A stretch of 61,174 bases of DNA, the filler included, from Sphacelaria rigidula (lineage: Eukaryota): the NCBI GenBank assembly GCA_964200075.2. It is 4 parts of 4 records of this genome, joined end to end, with 100 filler letters (N's around TTAATTAATTAA, not from the genome) between each part and the next. Parts side by side here need not be neighbours in the genome. Positions count along the whole stretch, not along the records: positions 1 to 15,222 come from CAXNAA020001856.1; 3 more parts are not named here. One strand, 5' to 3'. This document shows, piece after piece, positions 1 to 12,077 of this stretch; the first letter of the stretch is position 1, and every line of letters begins with the position of its first letter. The position numbers and the translations under genes were made by a program. The notes beneath the pieces are model-generated. The model was not told the DNA's origin. It ran no database searches and worked only from the letters and a program-made list of their open reading frames with translations.

Positions 1-1427
1 GCTGCAAACGAGCCCAATAGTGGGATCGCAGCCGTTTTGTCGCACCGTCTCACGTGCGCTTCTTGTGTCGTATTGGCATCCAGCATGGTACAGACAGCGG
101 TGATCCATACGCCTTAGGCGACGTTGTAGGAACAGAAGAAAAAAAATAATGATGGCAAAGCATTGCTGGCGCCCACTGGTGTTCGGAAATCATAACGAAC
201 CCTTGAGCAGGAGACACAAGGTCAGTGAATTCTCAGGAAAAAACATCGTTTCCTAAAATATTGCGTGCTACACTCTCCCCAGTAATACAACCCGTATATA
301 ATGCGTTTATGTATATGCTATATAAAAAATCTGGGGGGGGAGCGCGGGCGGTATAGAAGTACATATCTTCACACACCTACAAAAAAACGAACCAGTCAAG
401 GAAAAAACCTTTTATTTTCCAAGTACCGCATACCTCACCGCAACGACACAGGTACAGTAGTACATGAACGATCGTGATAGGATCCTCCTCTTTTACAGAC
501 TCTGCAGGAAGGATCGATTGAAATGACGAAAAGTCATGTGAGCAGTCGAAGCCGCATCGTCATCACTGAACCGCTACAAGCGACGACGGATGCCACCAGA
601 ATCTCCTCCCGTCCCCCCCACCCAAACCTACTGGGGGTCTCTTTTAAGTACAGTCATCCTCCGCTTGGGCGAGGAAGCTCTTCGTATCATCGACACATTC
701 ATCTCTTGACACGAAAACAAAGACAAACCCGCAGACGACAACACTTCATTTTTCTCGTCTCTGTGAAACGAACAGGTCCTACATACAAAAATGTACACTT
801 CGGTTTTTCATTTTCCCGAAGTAATAATAACGTGTACAAGAAAAAAGATACGCCTGCACTTGGTACGTCCGAAACATTCAGTTCTTCTACAACTCTTCAC
901 GGACACCACAGCCGACAGCACCCAAATAGCGGCCGTCCATCTTGATTCTTGTTTCTTCGATTGAATGCTGCTTGCACGGTACGTTCGCTTCATGAAGCGC
1001 GTATAATACTGTACAGCATGATGAAACAACCAAACAAGTACATCTTCGACAGACGCACGTCAACAGCCGGCGCATGGTCGTGGTGTGATACCGTCAACAT
1101 GAACGCAATAATACCGAGTGCCTAACTACTACCCGAGCACTTTAATGCTGAAACCGCTCACCAAGCCAATAAAATAAAATCGGTCACCGCGTGGCGCGCA
1201 GCCCCTCCTCCCTCCCGCGCCCCACAAGATACACAAGGACTCTCAAGGAGGGCTCGCTGCACGGATTACGGCTTCCGAAAATTAGACACGAGAAAAAAAC
1301 GAAAAATTGAAAGACCGTTGGTTTCGGTACACACCTCTCCCCCACTCCCCACCCCAAAATTGAAACAATCCACACCCCCCACCGAAAAAGACGAAAAAGT
1401 GAACGTTACATGTTTTTTCCTGTTCCT

Positions 1428-3464
1428 TCAATCCCCCATTGGCGCGGGAGCGGACTCGGCAGCAGGGGGGGCAGCAGCAGGGGCAGGCTCGGGCGCGGGG
1501 GGGGCGGCTGGCGGAGCCGGCGGCGCGGACTCGGAGACGGGGCTACTAACGACTGGTGCACTGGCTGCTGCTGGCATCGATGCGTCCGCAGCTGGCTTCT
1601 TCGCCTTCTTGACGGCAGGCTTCTTCTTCGCCGCGGCCGGCTTTGTCGCACCGGCGGGCTTCTTCTTTGTAGCAGCGCCGGCAGCGGCGGGCTTCTTCTT
1701 GACCGGTGTCTTCTTCTTAGCCTTGTCTTTGTCGCCGGCTGCCGCTGCTGTCTTTTTCTTGGCCGTCGTGGTGGCAGCAGCCGTCTTCTTTGTCTTCTTC
1801 GTCGCCGACTTCTTCTTGTCACCCGCCGCCGCCCCTTTCTCCTTCTTTTTTGGAGTCGTCGCCTTCTTTGCGGTCTTGCTCGTAGCGCCTTTGCCTGCCC
1901 CCTTAGCCCCGTCCTTCTTCGTCACGGTCTTCTTCTTAATCGCCACCGGCTTCTTGGTCCCACTGGCTGGCTTCTTCTTCACCACCTTGGATCCCGCAGC
2001 TGCAGCTTTCTTCGGGGTCGCAGCCTTCTTCTTGGGCGCCACTACTGCTGGTGCAGGCGGCGCTGTCCCTCCCGTATCCGCAGCCACGCTCCCATCTACC
2101 GGCGCAGCAGAAGCTGGTTCTCCGTCAGCAGTGGGTGCTGCTCCCGGGGCTGTCGAGGCATCCGCAGGGGTCTTCTTTCGGGGCTTAGCGGGGGTCTTCT
2201 TAGTTGCTTTCTTCTTGGCCACCTTCTTCTTGGGAACGACCTTTTTCTTCACAACCTTCTTCTTGGGCTTCGGGGGCGGCTTCTTTGCCTCCGCGCTCAG
2301 CTTGTAGGAACTCTTGACCTTTTGGTGGTGTAGAAGCAATGGGGTGGGGAACGCGGGTGTCGGCGTAAGTGGGTAGATCACATGACCACACCAACCCACT
2401 AAACATGGAGCGACGGACGCACACCAGAGATACCGAAAAACGAAACACGGAACATCCTCAACAGGAGCAAAAAATTCAAGGTGCAAGATACAGGACGCTG
2501 TTGTGTGATGATCGCTGCGCACTTGTCAGGGCCACGTGGCCTGACGATGCACTGATAACACAGAGTACCAAGGCACGACCGGTGTGTGGCACTTGTCAGC
2601 TTGTAAAGAGACATACACCGATCTCGTTACTGGAGGAGGTGAACGGCATTTTTCAAACACAGGTAGTCCCGACTGGCCTCATACGTACAACCGATCGAGA
2701 AGCGAACTGGACTCGACAAGATGAAGACGAGCACCAGAGGAAAAGTGGCTCTCCCCGAATTTGTGTGTGCGCCAGCCAGACAACAAACGACGCCAACACC
2801 ACATAAAACAACAAACACGCACAAACAGCCGCCCGCAATTCGGGGGAGGTCCAGCTGTCAATGTCTTGCGAGAAGTTGCGCTCATCCCTTGTCTCAGCAG
2901 TGAGATCCATCCTGACAATCTCGTGCAACACGCTCCGTATCTTACCTTGACAAACTTGCCCGTCTCTGCTCCTTTTTTCAGGGCAGCTCGCAGCTGGTGG
3001 GGGGCGAACTTAGTTTCGACTTCAGGATAGGTGGTGACGATGTATTTTTTTATAGCTTGGATGCTGGAGCCATTGCGTTCCTTCAGGGCCTTGACGGCCT
3101 GGAAGACCATCTGCAAAAGGTCCACACAATAAATGGGGAAGAGGGAAAGAGAAGGCGGGTGTCGTCATGTGTCCGTCGTACCGTTGTTTGCCAAGATAGG
3201 TGTGCGCGTGGGCGACATGCGGGCAGCTGTCCCCCAAGAGAAAACGCCCCCTCTTCAGCAACTTGAGGTGCAAAAAAAATCGTGAAGGGAAAACACAGTG
3301 GAAAATAGGTAGTTTTCACAAAATAATGAACAATGCGACCTCTTCGGAAAGCGAAAAGGGCACAGACGGCAGAGCAGTACGTAGTGCTCACTCTGAACAT
3401 CCTTGGCCGAGGGGTTTGTCCCACGGAGTCGCACTAACATACGTACCTCATTGTATGTCGGCAT
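1428..3464 (-). CDS. H1: Linker histone H1, 3 exons (3464-3447, 3110-2946, 2318-1428), 357 aa
   Basis: Spliced product [68 protein letters not shown] matches the H15 winged-helix globular domain. It is followed by a long Lys/Ala/Pro-rich tail. Both introns are GT-AG and phase 0 (donors GTACGT, GTAAG; acceptors TTTTGCAG, AAAAG). Confidence 0.93.
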
Positions 3465-3989
3465 TTCGGTGCAGTCGCTGTCGGCGTGGGCTTGAGCTTG
3501 AGGCACTGAGACCGGTGATGCGAAAGCTTATGTGTGTGCGTTTGTGATATGCCCGACGGAAGCAGAGCTAAACCACTTTTTGATTGTGGAATGTGTGCGC
3601 TGCAATATGTACCGGTTCGATATCCACAGTTTGAAATCCTGCACGTTCGGCCAATCAATTATCCATCATGCGCGAGGATTGGTATGGAAGCGTGCACGGT
3701 GTGGAAAAGTAAGATTCAAATTGTGGAACAATTGCTTGATCCAAAACATTGACTCGGGTTATAGGGTGCTGTGCTGTGTTACGTTGTATTGTACTACATG
3801 ACTAAATACTATGCGTTTGGTGCAAGAGCGACAGGTACTAGTGTGCGCCAATGCACTTGGGTGGATGGATTTCGGTTTCTAGACACCTGGAGTCAGGTAC
3901 AACATGTTTAAAGGGGACTTTACACTGAATTGTGCTACGGATACGCTACTACAGTACGATACAGTACAGTACAGTAGTCACACCCTTGA

Positions 3990-6928
3990 TATCTTTTTCT
4001 TGGGTTGTGTTGGACTGGTGTTCGAAATCGATTGGGCCGCGTACAATCGACACGTACGAGAAGCTGCAAAGCAAGGCGCCCTAATCGAGCTGCCCCCGTT
4101 ACGAGCTATTTGCTGGACATTTCTCGTAGAAGTTATAAGAAATGCAGAGGCTTGCGTGCAAAAAAGGTAAGGTAGCACAGCGCAGTGATTCACAGCCGGA
4201 CATGTATCTGTTCCGAATTATACCCCTATTAATAAAAGGTTCTCCACGCATGTCGCGTAGACGTGAACTGTGCTATGTATACGCGGAAAGGGCTACGACG
4301 AGTGGTACTTTAGAGCAATGCAATGTACACAGTATATTTCGGTAGGCGACATATCATTTTGGTGCACCAGGAACGGTGCGTGCGCCCGCTTCTCTCCCGG
4401 AAGTTTTCCCCTCTCTAACCTGGGCCGACCGAGCAATACTACGAACGTTTGACGGAGCAATTATCACCACTATGATTATTACCACCTGCTGCAAGAAGTA
4501 CCACACAAGCTTCCCTTCAACCGCACATTATTCGGCCGTCCGGACCATTCCAACAATCCAAAATATATCTTGACGATACTCGTGAGTGGTGTCAATTAGC
4601 TGCATCCTTGGGGGACACTCGGGTACAAATTACACTTTACACAGTAGTTGCGTTCATGTCCGATTCTTGCACACTCGCCTTCAGATTTGACGCGTAGATT
4701 GCTGATATCTTGAAGAACCAACGCGATACTAATTTTGGTAGTTAACTCTTTGTTGAAAAGTTATGGGGGGGGAAAAAGTCAAAAACTCGACAGGGTCCAG
4801 AATGGTATTTGGGCATAGTAGGGAAGAAAAGCACAAAACGGGTTCGTCTACTCACGGGTTCCCGATCGATCGTCAGGTGAGTTTGTCGTCACGCTGGCCA
4901 ATCGGGAAACCAGGTGCAACATCTCCTGCAGCTTATGCTGGAACTGTGAATGATCTGCACCGGAGTGATGCCACGCCAGGGGTGAAGTTTTCAGTGCAAA
5001 GGTTTTCTGAGGCACTGCGCACTAAGGCCCAGATGTTTGTCATCGAAAGGCTCCGACAAGTAAGAGCCCCAGAAAAAAACGTTAACCCCAAACGTAGCTT
5101 TCTCGCCGAAGCACAGCAACACCATTCTGTATCGAAATCATTGTGGGGTTGTGGACAACAGCTTGGCGTTTCGGGGGCGAATCACTTCTTACTATATGCA
5201 CAGTGAATAATCTTGTGGTGAAAATCGAAACCGTGTTCCTGGTATGTCATGATGAGACACTTTCCACCAGACTTGCCGACAGATGATAAGTGTCACCCGT
5301 TCGTGGAGAGCGTGAAAGTCGAGGCTGATTTCGAACGGAGATAGCAGATGCTCACGCCAACAAAGTTCCGCCCTCAAGGCCCTGTACCCCTGAATCGCAC
5401 TGCCATATCCCAAACGGAAAATTTACGGGTCTCCTATTTTCAGGACGAAAACATAGTAAGTGCTTGTGTGACCTTCAGCCCTCCTATTCATTTGTCGCTG
5501 CCAGCCTCTCGTTGCACAAGGCGGTAAAACAAGACGTATGCAGCGCTCCCACCCATCCGAACCGGATTCACCCTACTCACACGTGCATCATCGAACATAT
5601 TCCACTCCACGTTACCACTACCGGTGGTATCAGTGCTCCCGAACGATGGGCCGTTATGTCGACAATGGGCGGTATAATGCCCACCCTCAAGACCCCCCAT
5701 ATGATTGCAAACCCCATAAAGCTCGTACATAGGAGGATGTCGTAAAATACGCCTCCTCTGTGAATTACCTTCCCGCTCCCGCCCTCCCCTACCCGCCACA
5801 TCTCCTTTGAAATCTTGCACTGTGCCCGGGTAATTTCTCATGGGATTCTCCTCACTACTTGCGGACCCTCTGTGCAATCGCCCTTGGTCACACTGAGAAG
5901 AAACACTCGCGCCTGACGTTGAATAGGGAGAAAGATCTAGTGCGGTAATCGGGAAATCAACAGATGTTCCTATTTTGTCACGGCTGGATGAATCGTACTG
6001 GAATCGCTTGAGGTGGACGACCAGCACAGGGGGGAAACGGTGAACGGAGAGGGATTTCTCACTTTTTCGTCTTTTTCTGCATGCGGAACAGATGGGTCGG
6101 TTGTCTCCGTCCAGAATTTCTTCCTTACTAAATGCCTGCAGGCAATCCTCCAGAGTGCACGCTGACGATGACTGCCCCCCAGTTCCTGTAACTCCATTCG
6201 CGGTTCTATGCCCGCCTACCCCTCGACCTCCCCCGCTACTGCCCACACTGCCCCCTACATTGGAGCCTTTCGACGATGTGGAACTCCTTCTCCGACAAGG
6301 GCCCGGCAGTGGCACTGACAGGTCGAAAAACGGATCGAAACAGTAACTGATGTTCCCGCACGTTAAGCAGCAAATACGACTCTGCAACTGCCCGCAGAAC
6401 ATACTGGTGACCTCGCTGTCGTTGCGCACTACGTGCGACGCCCATGCTCTGGCGGCTTGCTGATCTGCCGGAAGCCTTGAGAGCGCTTCGTCGCTGATGG
6501 CACCCGGGATCTGCGGCGCAGAGGAAGCCCCCCCTCCTCTGGCACCAATGCCTGAATCTGACGATCCCGAACGCCGTCTGCTCAGATCTTCCGCCAAACC
6601 GTTTAAAAAAAAACGTAAAAATTCCTGCTCGATCATATTGCGGGGTAGGCGGGCGCGGTACACCAAGAAAAAATACAAAGTGCACATGCATCTCCACTGA
6701 GAACAGAGGGAACGGTTTTGACCCGTCAATGATTTCCTGTGGATGTGGGATAACGCCGTCATGCTCTCAGGGAAAGCATGGGCTTGCAAAACTGCCGCCG
6801 GCGATCTTTCACAGGAACTCGAACTTCGACCACTTTTTGCGAAGTGGGGAAATCAAAATCCTGAAAAGGCGTATTTCGACGCGTCGTCGACAGAGGACAG
6901 TGAAATGGATTCTTCCATCTCGATGTAA
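3990..6928 (+). pseudogene. Possible decayed TBC-domain (RabGAP, TBC1D5-like) gene
   Basis: TBC-like motifs occur in the expected order: LRAICWTFL (4099) with donor GTAAGG at 4167; DLTR (4684); DRQ|GTGAGT (4868-4877, cf. YxQ); AQMFVIERLRQ|GTAAGA (5027-5060); CAG|RERF*PVNDFLWMWD (6707-6751, cf. REFPxxDxLxxWD). In-frame stops are present. Recognised by eye only. Confidence 0.35.
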
Positions 6929-9900
6929 CGGGCTCTAATGTCTTGGAGACTACTTCGGTAATTTTCATGGCTGCAGACGGCAAAGGTTCTTCGAGTCAGG
7001 TAGTGTTCCTCTTCTCTTGTCACATCTGAAGGTTTGTGGGCAATATTCCCATCTCCGCCCTGTCAAATTGTGTGGACAGAAAGTAGACATGGAGCTTGCC
7101 GAAGTGATGCTCGTAGGTGGGCCATAGAGAGTAGTCATAAATAGGTATAGATGGTCTAATCTGTATACGCAAAACATGTGGACGAAGGGCCAGAGTATGC
7201 ACTTGGCGGGACTTGAGTCATATCGGTCCCCCGAGAAGTGATATCACCATGTTCGCAAACTTTCACAGCCACCGTTGTGACATTAACGGTTGCGTCAGCT
7301 CATAATCCAGCTGGGTGGTGTACAACCGTAAGCAATATTGATGCGTAGGGACCGATGGGCGCTTCGATGGCGCTATCCACATCTGATACTGTCATCACAT
7401 GTCCCCCACGTGACCTTCTGTAGCTATTGATGTGCCACAAAATTTAGATTAAGGACGACGGGTTCCGGGACCACCGATCCAATGCACGGTATTGAAGCCC
7501 AAGGCAAGTACTGCAGCAGAGATGCCTTGAGGTCTTGAGACCACGGGCTCTTTCCGATTACGGGGGGAGGGTAGTTAAAACTACTGACAAAGGGCACTTG
7601 CCTGGCAATCTTGTTGTCCGTACCCCGAAAAATGCGGCGCGTGGCGGGAGATAAGCTTCTTCACCTGAGAATCATTGCCGGCAAGTCACACTATCTTCAG
7701 TCTTCGTGTCTTGAGAGAAACACAAACATGGACGTACGCAGAGATCGGACCAGAGCATACACAGTCAAGGATAATTTTCGGGGCTTACGTCTTGAGGCAC
7801 TAATTTGCTGCACTCGATCCGAGCGTTTTTTTCGGTCTATCCGTGTACTGCAAGGGAGAAACCCGGCGTGGTGAGAGTGCTTTTGTCGGTTCCTGACGCT
7901 CTGCAGGGCTTGACATCAATAGGTTTGCACGATGGCCATATCAAACGATTTGTGTGTGCGAGCTAATAGCGGATGAACGAGGCGGTATGGCTGGAAAATC
8001 TTCTCCTGAGTGACAGACCACGGCGCCAGGTCTCGATGAATCACGCCAATACGACGGCTATTTTTTTCGAATTCACGCGCTCACATGGGTAGGGTAGATG
8101 CGTCCTTGTTGCTCAATTTGTTTTGGTAACCAACAACGAACACACAGTTCTCATCGACGACCTGACGAAGAAGCGCACGGACGAAATCAAACACCAAGAG
8201 TCCCTATTAATAGGAGCACAGCGCACTTTCGTCTCTAGCTGATCTAAACGACCAAGACGCCTTGGGTGTGCGTACGACGGCTTGACCGTGCACTACTCTT
8301 CTTATGTTCCTTCTGGATTTCTTCTCACCGTGTCGTGCTGCGTGGATAAGTGGGATCCTACCTTCGGTTTTACTACAGGCAAAGTGCACACCGCATCCTT
8401 CTGGTTAGACTGGTACAATCAACACTGCTTCGTGTGGGCGGATTTCGTGGTTTGGAATCGCGACAACGGCATGTGGTTTCTGGTTTCCGTTGTGCACAAA
8501 TGGACGAGGACAAGGGTTGGAAAAAAAGTAGTCCCACAAAAGTCGATGGTCCCCGGGAGTGCCGACTTACTGCTTGACATTGTTTTGTTTATCTTTATTC
8601 AGTGTGTGTGCTGCACTTTGAACCACTCTCTTTCCTCGGGACGAGTCCGTGGTTTCAAGGGGTCAATTCATCTCTCCCCGGTACTCGCCTCACATCTTGG
8701 CCTCGCCCATTGGGTCGGCGCATCGCGTCAACTATCGTCAAACGAACTCAGTCGACGACTTCTTGTTTGCCCACGTTCTCACGCTTTCGACGGTGGAAAT
8801 CACATACTTCCAAGGAAACACCCAACGCATCGGGAATCGAACTCACGTTCTCTCCACCCCAATGATGACAGTGGGACCATTACACCACCGGCGCGCGGCG
8901 GTAGACAATACGACTTAATGCTTGATGATACGATCTTAATCATGCGTCAGGCGAAAGAGATGAGACTAGCCTCTTTCGACCGCGAACTAATTTTGAGAAG
9001 GAGTGTGGGGGGTTGAATATTCAACGAAATAACATACATAACACGAATACTGCCGCTCAAGGTACGCCTGGTACAAGATATGCAGTTGCAAGTGAGTTAC
9101 ACAGCACCGCCGAGAATAAAAAAAAAAAGGATGCCTTAAATCCACGCGTACCGGTGATACCTACCAACATTATTGCCTCTCTCGGCTATTTTCCTATGAA
9201 TCTCTCGCGAGAGGAGATGCGGTGCTGTCTCGCTGATCGTGACATATCTACTTTTGCTGTGTTTACTCTCAGAATCGCGTTGACGCCGTACATCGTGCTC
9301 ATATCAAACTTGATTGCCATTTCAGCAAGAACGAGATACGGCCGCGAACCGATGCCCAAATCGATACATCGACGCTAGGCCCGGCAAATTTCATGAGTTC
9401 TGAAGTCTTGAGTGCAAATTCGTTTTTTTTCTTCTCTTGCCGTTTTTCGAAAACCCGATGGTATGACGAAGGCGTATTGCTACTGGTAGACTGGTCTTGT
9501 CAAACATCAGGAAGGCGTACCGCTAGGGTAGACAGAGACCTACGGGTCAAACTGTCATTGGAGGTGTCATCCTGATACCGAAGGAACTCCGAGGCTGGCG
9601 ATGATTTACTCTTGTTTCATGTAGGCAAGAAAGGGTTAAACATGAAAGAAGTGATGTACCGTGACGTGCACTCTTTTCCTCGGGGGATGTTCGGCCACCC
9701 GGATATCGGGCTCTTCCTGGCATCATCCCGAGTTGTACAGTACCGCTGGCCTGACAGGGTCCTGGTACTGTGGTCCTTTCGGACCGTTCCTACCTTGTAC
9801 CTGCACGCGCTGGTTCTTCATATATGTGTGTCATCAATCTCTGATGTGTCATTGCAAAGGAATATGTTCCACAACAATAGCGTGAATTGACGAAATAGAC

Positions 9901-10751
9901 TCAAAGGTCGATGAAAGCCAAAGGGATGAGGGTGTGCTAGTCCAAGGCTGAATACTCAATGATATGAAGCGCATATATGAAAAACGAGGGAGGGGTGGCT
10001 TGCTCCTTGAGACTACGGACCCGAAGGAAGCGGGGGGGTGAACATACAAGTACGGCGGAAAGCGATAGCGGGGCACAAGTTTCCATGTTTACCCCCAGTA
10101 CCTGGTGAAACCGATATGTGTTTTCACACAAATCGGCGGCGAAGCATCTCTATGTGAATCATTTTTTTCACTCAAGAGGACGCAGCGAGAGTCTATACGC
10201 CGATTCGTCATGTTGAGTACTTGGTGTCGATACTATGCTGTAAACGTGCTCTTACCTGAGCGGGAGATACGCTGGTGTGTGCAGGTGACGATTCCACTTG
10301 CCGCACCAAATCTCCAAACGCAACGGCCAAAGCCCCCTGAGTAGGGCTCTTTCGACACAGTTGCTGCTCGCGCAATCCTCGCCGAAAAAAGCTCACCAAC
10401 AAATCGGTGTGTAACAGACACTGCAAGCATGCGTTCATGAAACACGTATTGCCTAAATTCTGCAGTCCGACCAAACATGACCCTCTTCGTGCCCCAGCGC
10501 TGCCTGTCCCGGCCCTCCCACCCACACCCGCCGATTCGGTCCGCCTCTCGGCATTCTCGCTGTCGTTTACCCTCGAGGTGGATCCGAGAGCATCGCTGCA
10601 CCCGGTATTATGGCAACTACTGCCAGCGTTGGAGTGTTTCCTTCTTTCAGAGTCCGGTGATACTCTCCTCTCCTGTTCACGTTCAGCCCCCCCGTCTGCC
10701 TCTGCTGCTGAAGTAGTATTTCTAGTCGAAGTTGGTTTCTCCCAGGTGTCG

Positions 10752-10813
<62 letters not shown>

Positions 10814-10911
10814 ACTACCGCTGTCGTCGTCGTCGTCGCCGTCGTTATTGTTGTTGTTGTTGTTGTTGCTGTTATTGTCGTTGCTGTCGCTGTGGTGGTG
10901 GTTGTTGTCGC

Positions 10912-10948
<37 letters not shown>

Positions 10949-11949
10949 ACTGCTGCTGTCGTCGTTATTGTTGTTGTTAGTCTTATTGTTGCTGTTGCTG
11001 TAGTTATTGTCGTTATGATGATACACGCCGGGAGCAAGAACACCAGCGCCCCCCGCATTTAACCTACCGTCGATGGACGGTAATCTATCGAGTGCGATAG
11101 AGGGGGGAGCGGTGGACGGAGGCGCCTGGGTGCGTTCGCTCCCGCTTCCTCTCTTCGGTCCCTGGGACTCTCTGCGCACCGCCTCCCCCACGACGCTACC
11201 ACCCCCGCCGCTGCCGCTGCCGCTACCGCTGCCGCCACCACTGCTTACACCTTGTCGAGGCGTCCTGTCCCCCCCCCTTGCGCCTTCACCCCCCCTATGG
11301 CAACGATAGTCATCCGCTGCAGCAGTGCTGGATCGGGAATACCCTCCACGCGCTACACCACATCGCTGGCACGCTGGCTCGAGGTAAGGACTACAGGAAG
11401 GAGAGGAAGCGGCTCGGTGTGACGAGCGCCTTGTCGACGTGGAAGTGCTACGGTCGTCCGCGCGCGTTTCGCCGTGAGTGCTGTTCCTGTCGCTTCGACC
11501 AGATGATCCGGCGCCGAGATGACCGTTTTTTCCACCGGCCGCTGTCATTCCGCCATCGTACCGAGGCTGACTGGTCATCACCGCGCTGCCGCATGGTGTC
11601 CCTCTGCTTGAAGTAGCAGCATCGGTGTTTGGTGCCGACGCCAAAGATGATCCGCTGCCATAAAACGCGGCATCGCTGATTCGCCGTCTCGGATTCATCA
11701 CGCCCAAACAGCCGTGACGCTGTCTAACAGATAGAGGTCGCCGACCGGCGGAAGGGGACGCATCACTTGGCGGGGGTTCCGCTATGCCTTCTCGGGTGTC
11801 CCAGGATGGCGACGCGGCGCTACCAGCCGTAGGAGCCGAATCTCGCCGGTGCTGCTGTCCCACGTCGTCGCTTAGTTCGAGTCGTGTTGACCTGTGATGC
11901 TCGCCATTACGAACGTTACCGTTGTTGTGGTTGTTGTTGTTGTTGTTGT

Positions 11950-11980
<31 letters not shown>

Positions 11981-12077
11981 TCTACTGGCGCTACGGGAAA
12001 GTCCACCGGCTCCAAGGGCAGCTTGTAAGACACTCTTCCGGGCTGCTCCGTGTCCGTCTTCCGAGCACGCGCTCCCC
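5488..12077 (-). CDS. Ubiquitin-specific protease (peptidase C19, USP2/USP21-like); exons 12077-10256, 7664-7602, 6624-5488; 5' end unresolved
   Basis: Cys box GLQNLGNTCFMNACLQCL; 63-bp middle exon VKKLISRHAPHFSGYGQQDCQ joining EFLRFFL; zinc-finger CxxC pairs (CLTC, CSAC); VHLKRF; His box YGVCNHMGGLEGGHYTAHC and WNMFDDARV. All junctions are phase 0. The reading frame stays open upstream to a CAG acceptor at 12080-12078. Confidence 0.92.
10751..11015 (-). repeat. Coding (AAC)n/(GAC)n microsatellite giving poly-Asn/Asp tracts in the USP N-terminal region
   Basis: Long (GTT)n runs on the + strand, in frame within ORF 10208..11863. Confidence 0.9.
11921..11980. repeat. (GTT)n(GCT)n trinucleotide microsatellite
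   Basis: Directly visible; reads as poly-Ser/Asn in the USP frame. Confidence 0.9.

Noticed and set aside
1-117. Possible minus-strand exon after a pyrimidine tract and AG
   Set aside because: Truncated by the window edge and no recognisable protein motif
1318-2333. Long + strand ORFs (329 aa and 307 aa) rich in Phe/Ala/Leu
   Set aside because: Antisense shadows of the Lys/Ala-rich H1 exon
3534-3752. FDCGMCALQYV, resembling a Ulp1 catalytic-Cys motif
   Set aside because: A single short motif with no upstream His/Asp region, lying in the presumed H1 promoter/5'UTR; could be chance
8326-8390. Alternative USP middle exon ending QHDT|GTGAG
   Set aside because: Exon 7664-7602 (FSGYGQQDCQ) matches the USP consensus far better
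10407-11058. Poly-Leu, poly-Cys and poly-Thr ORFs
   Set aside because: Alternate-frame or antisense readings of the (AAC)n microsatellite
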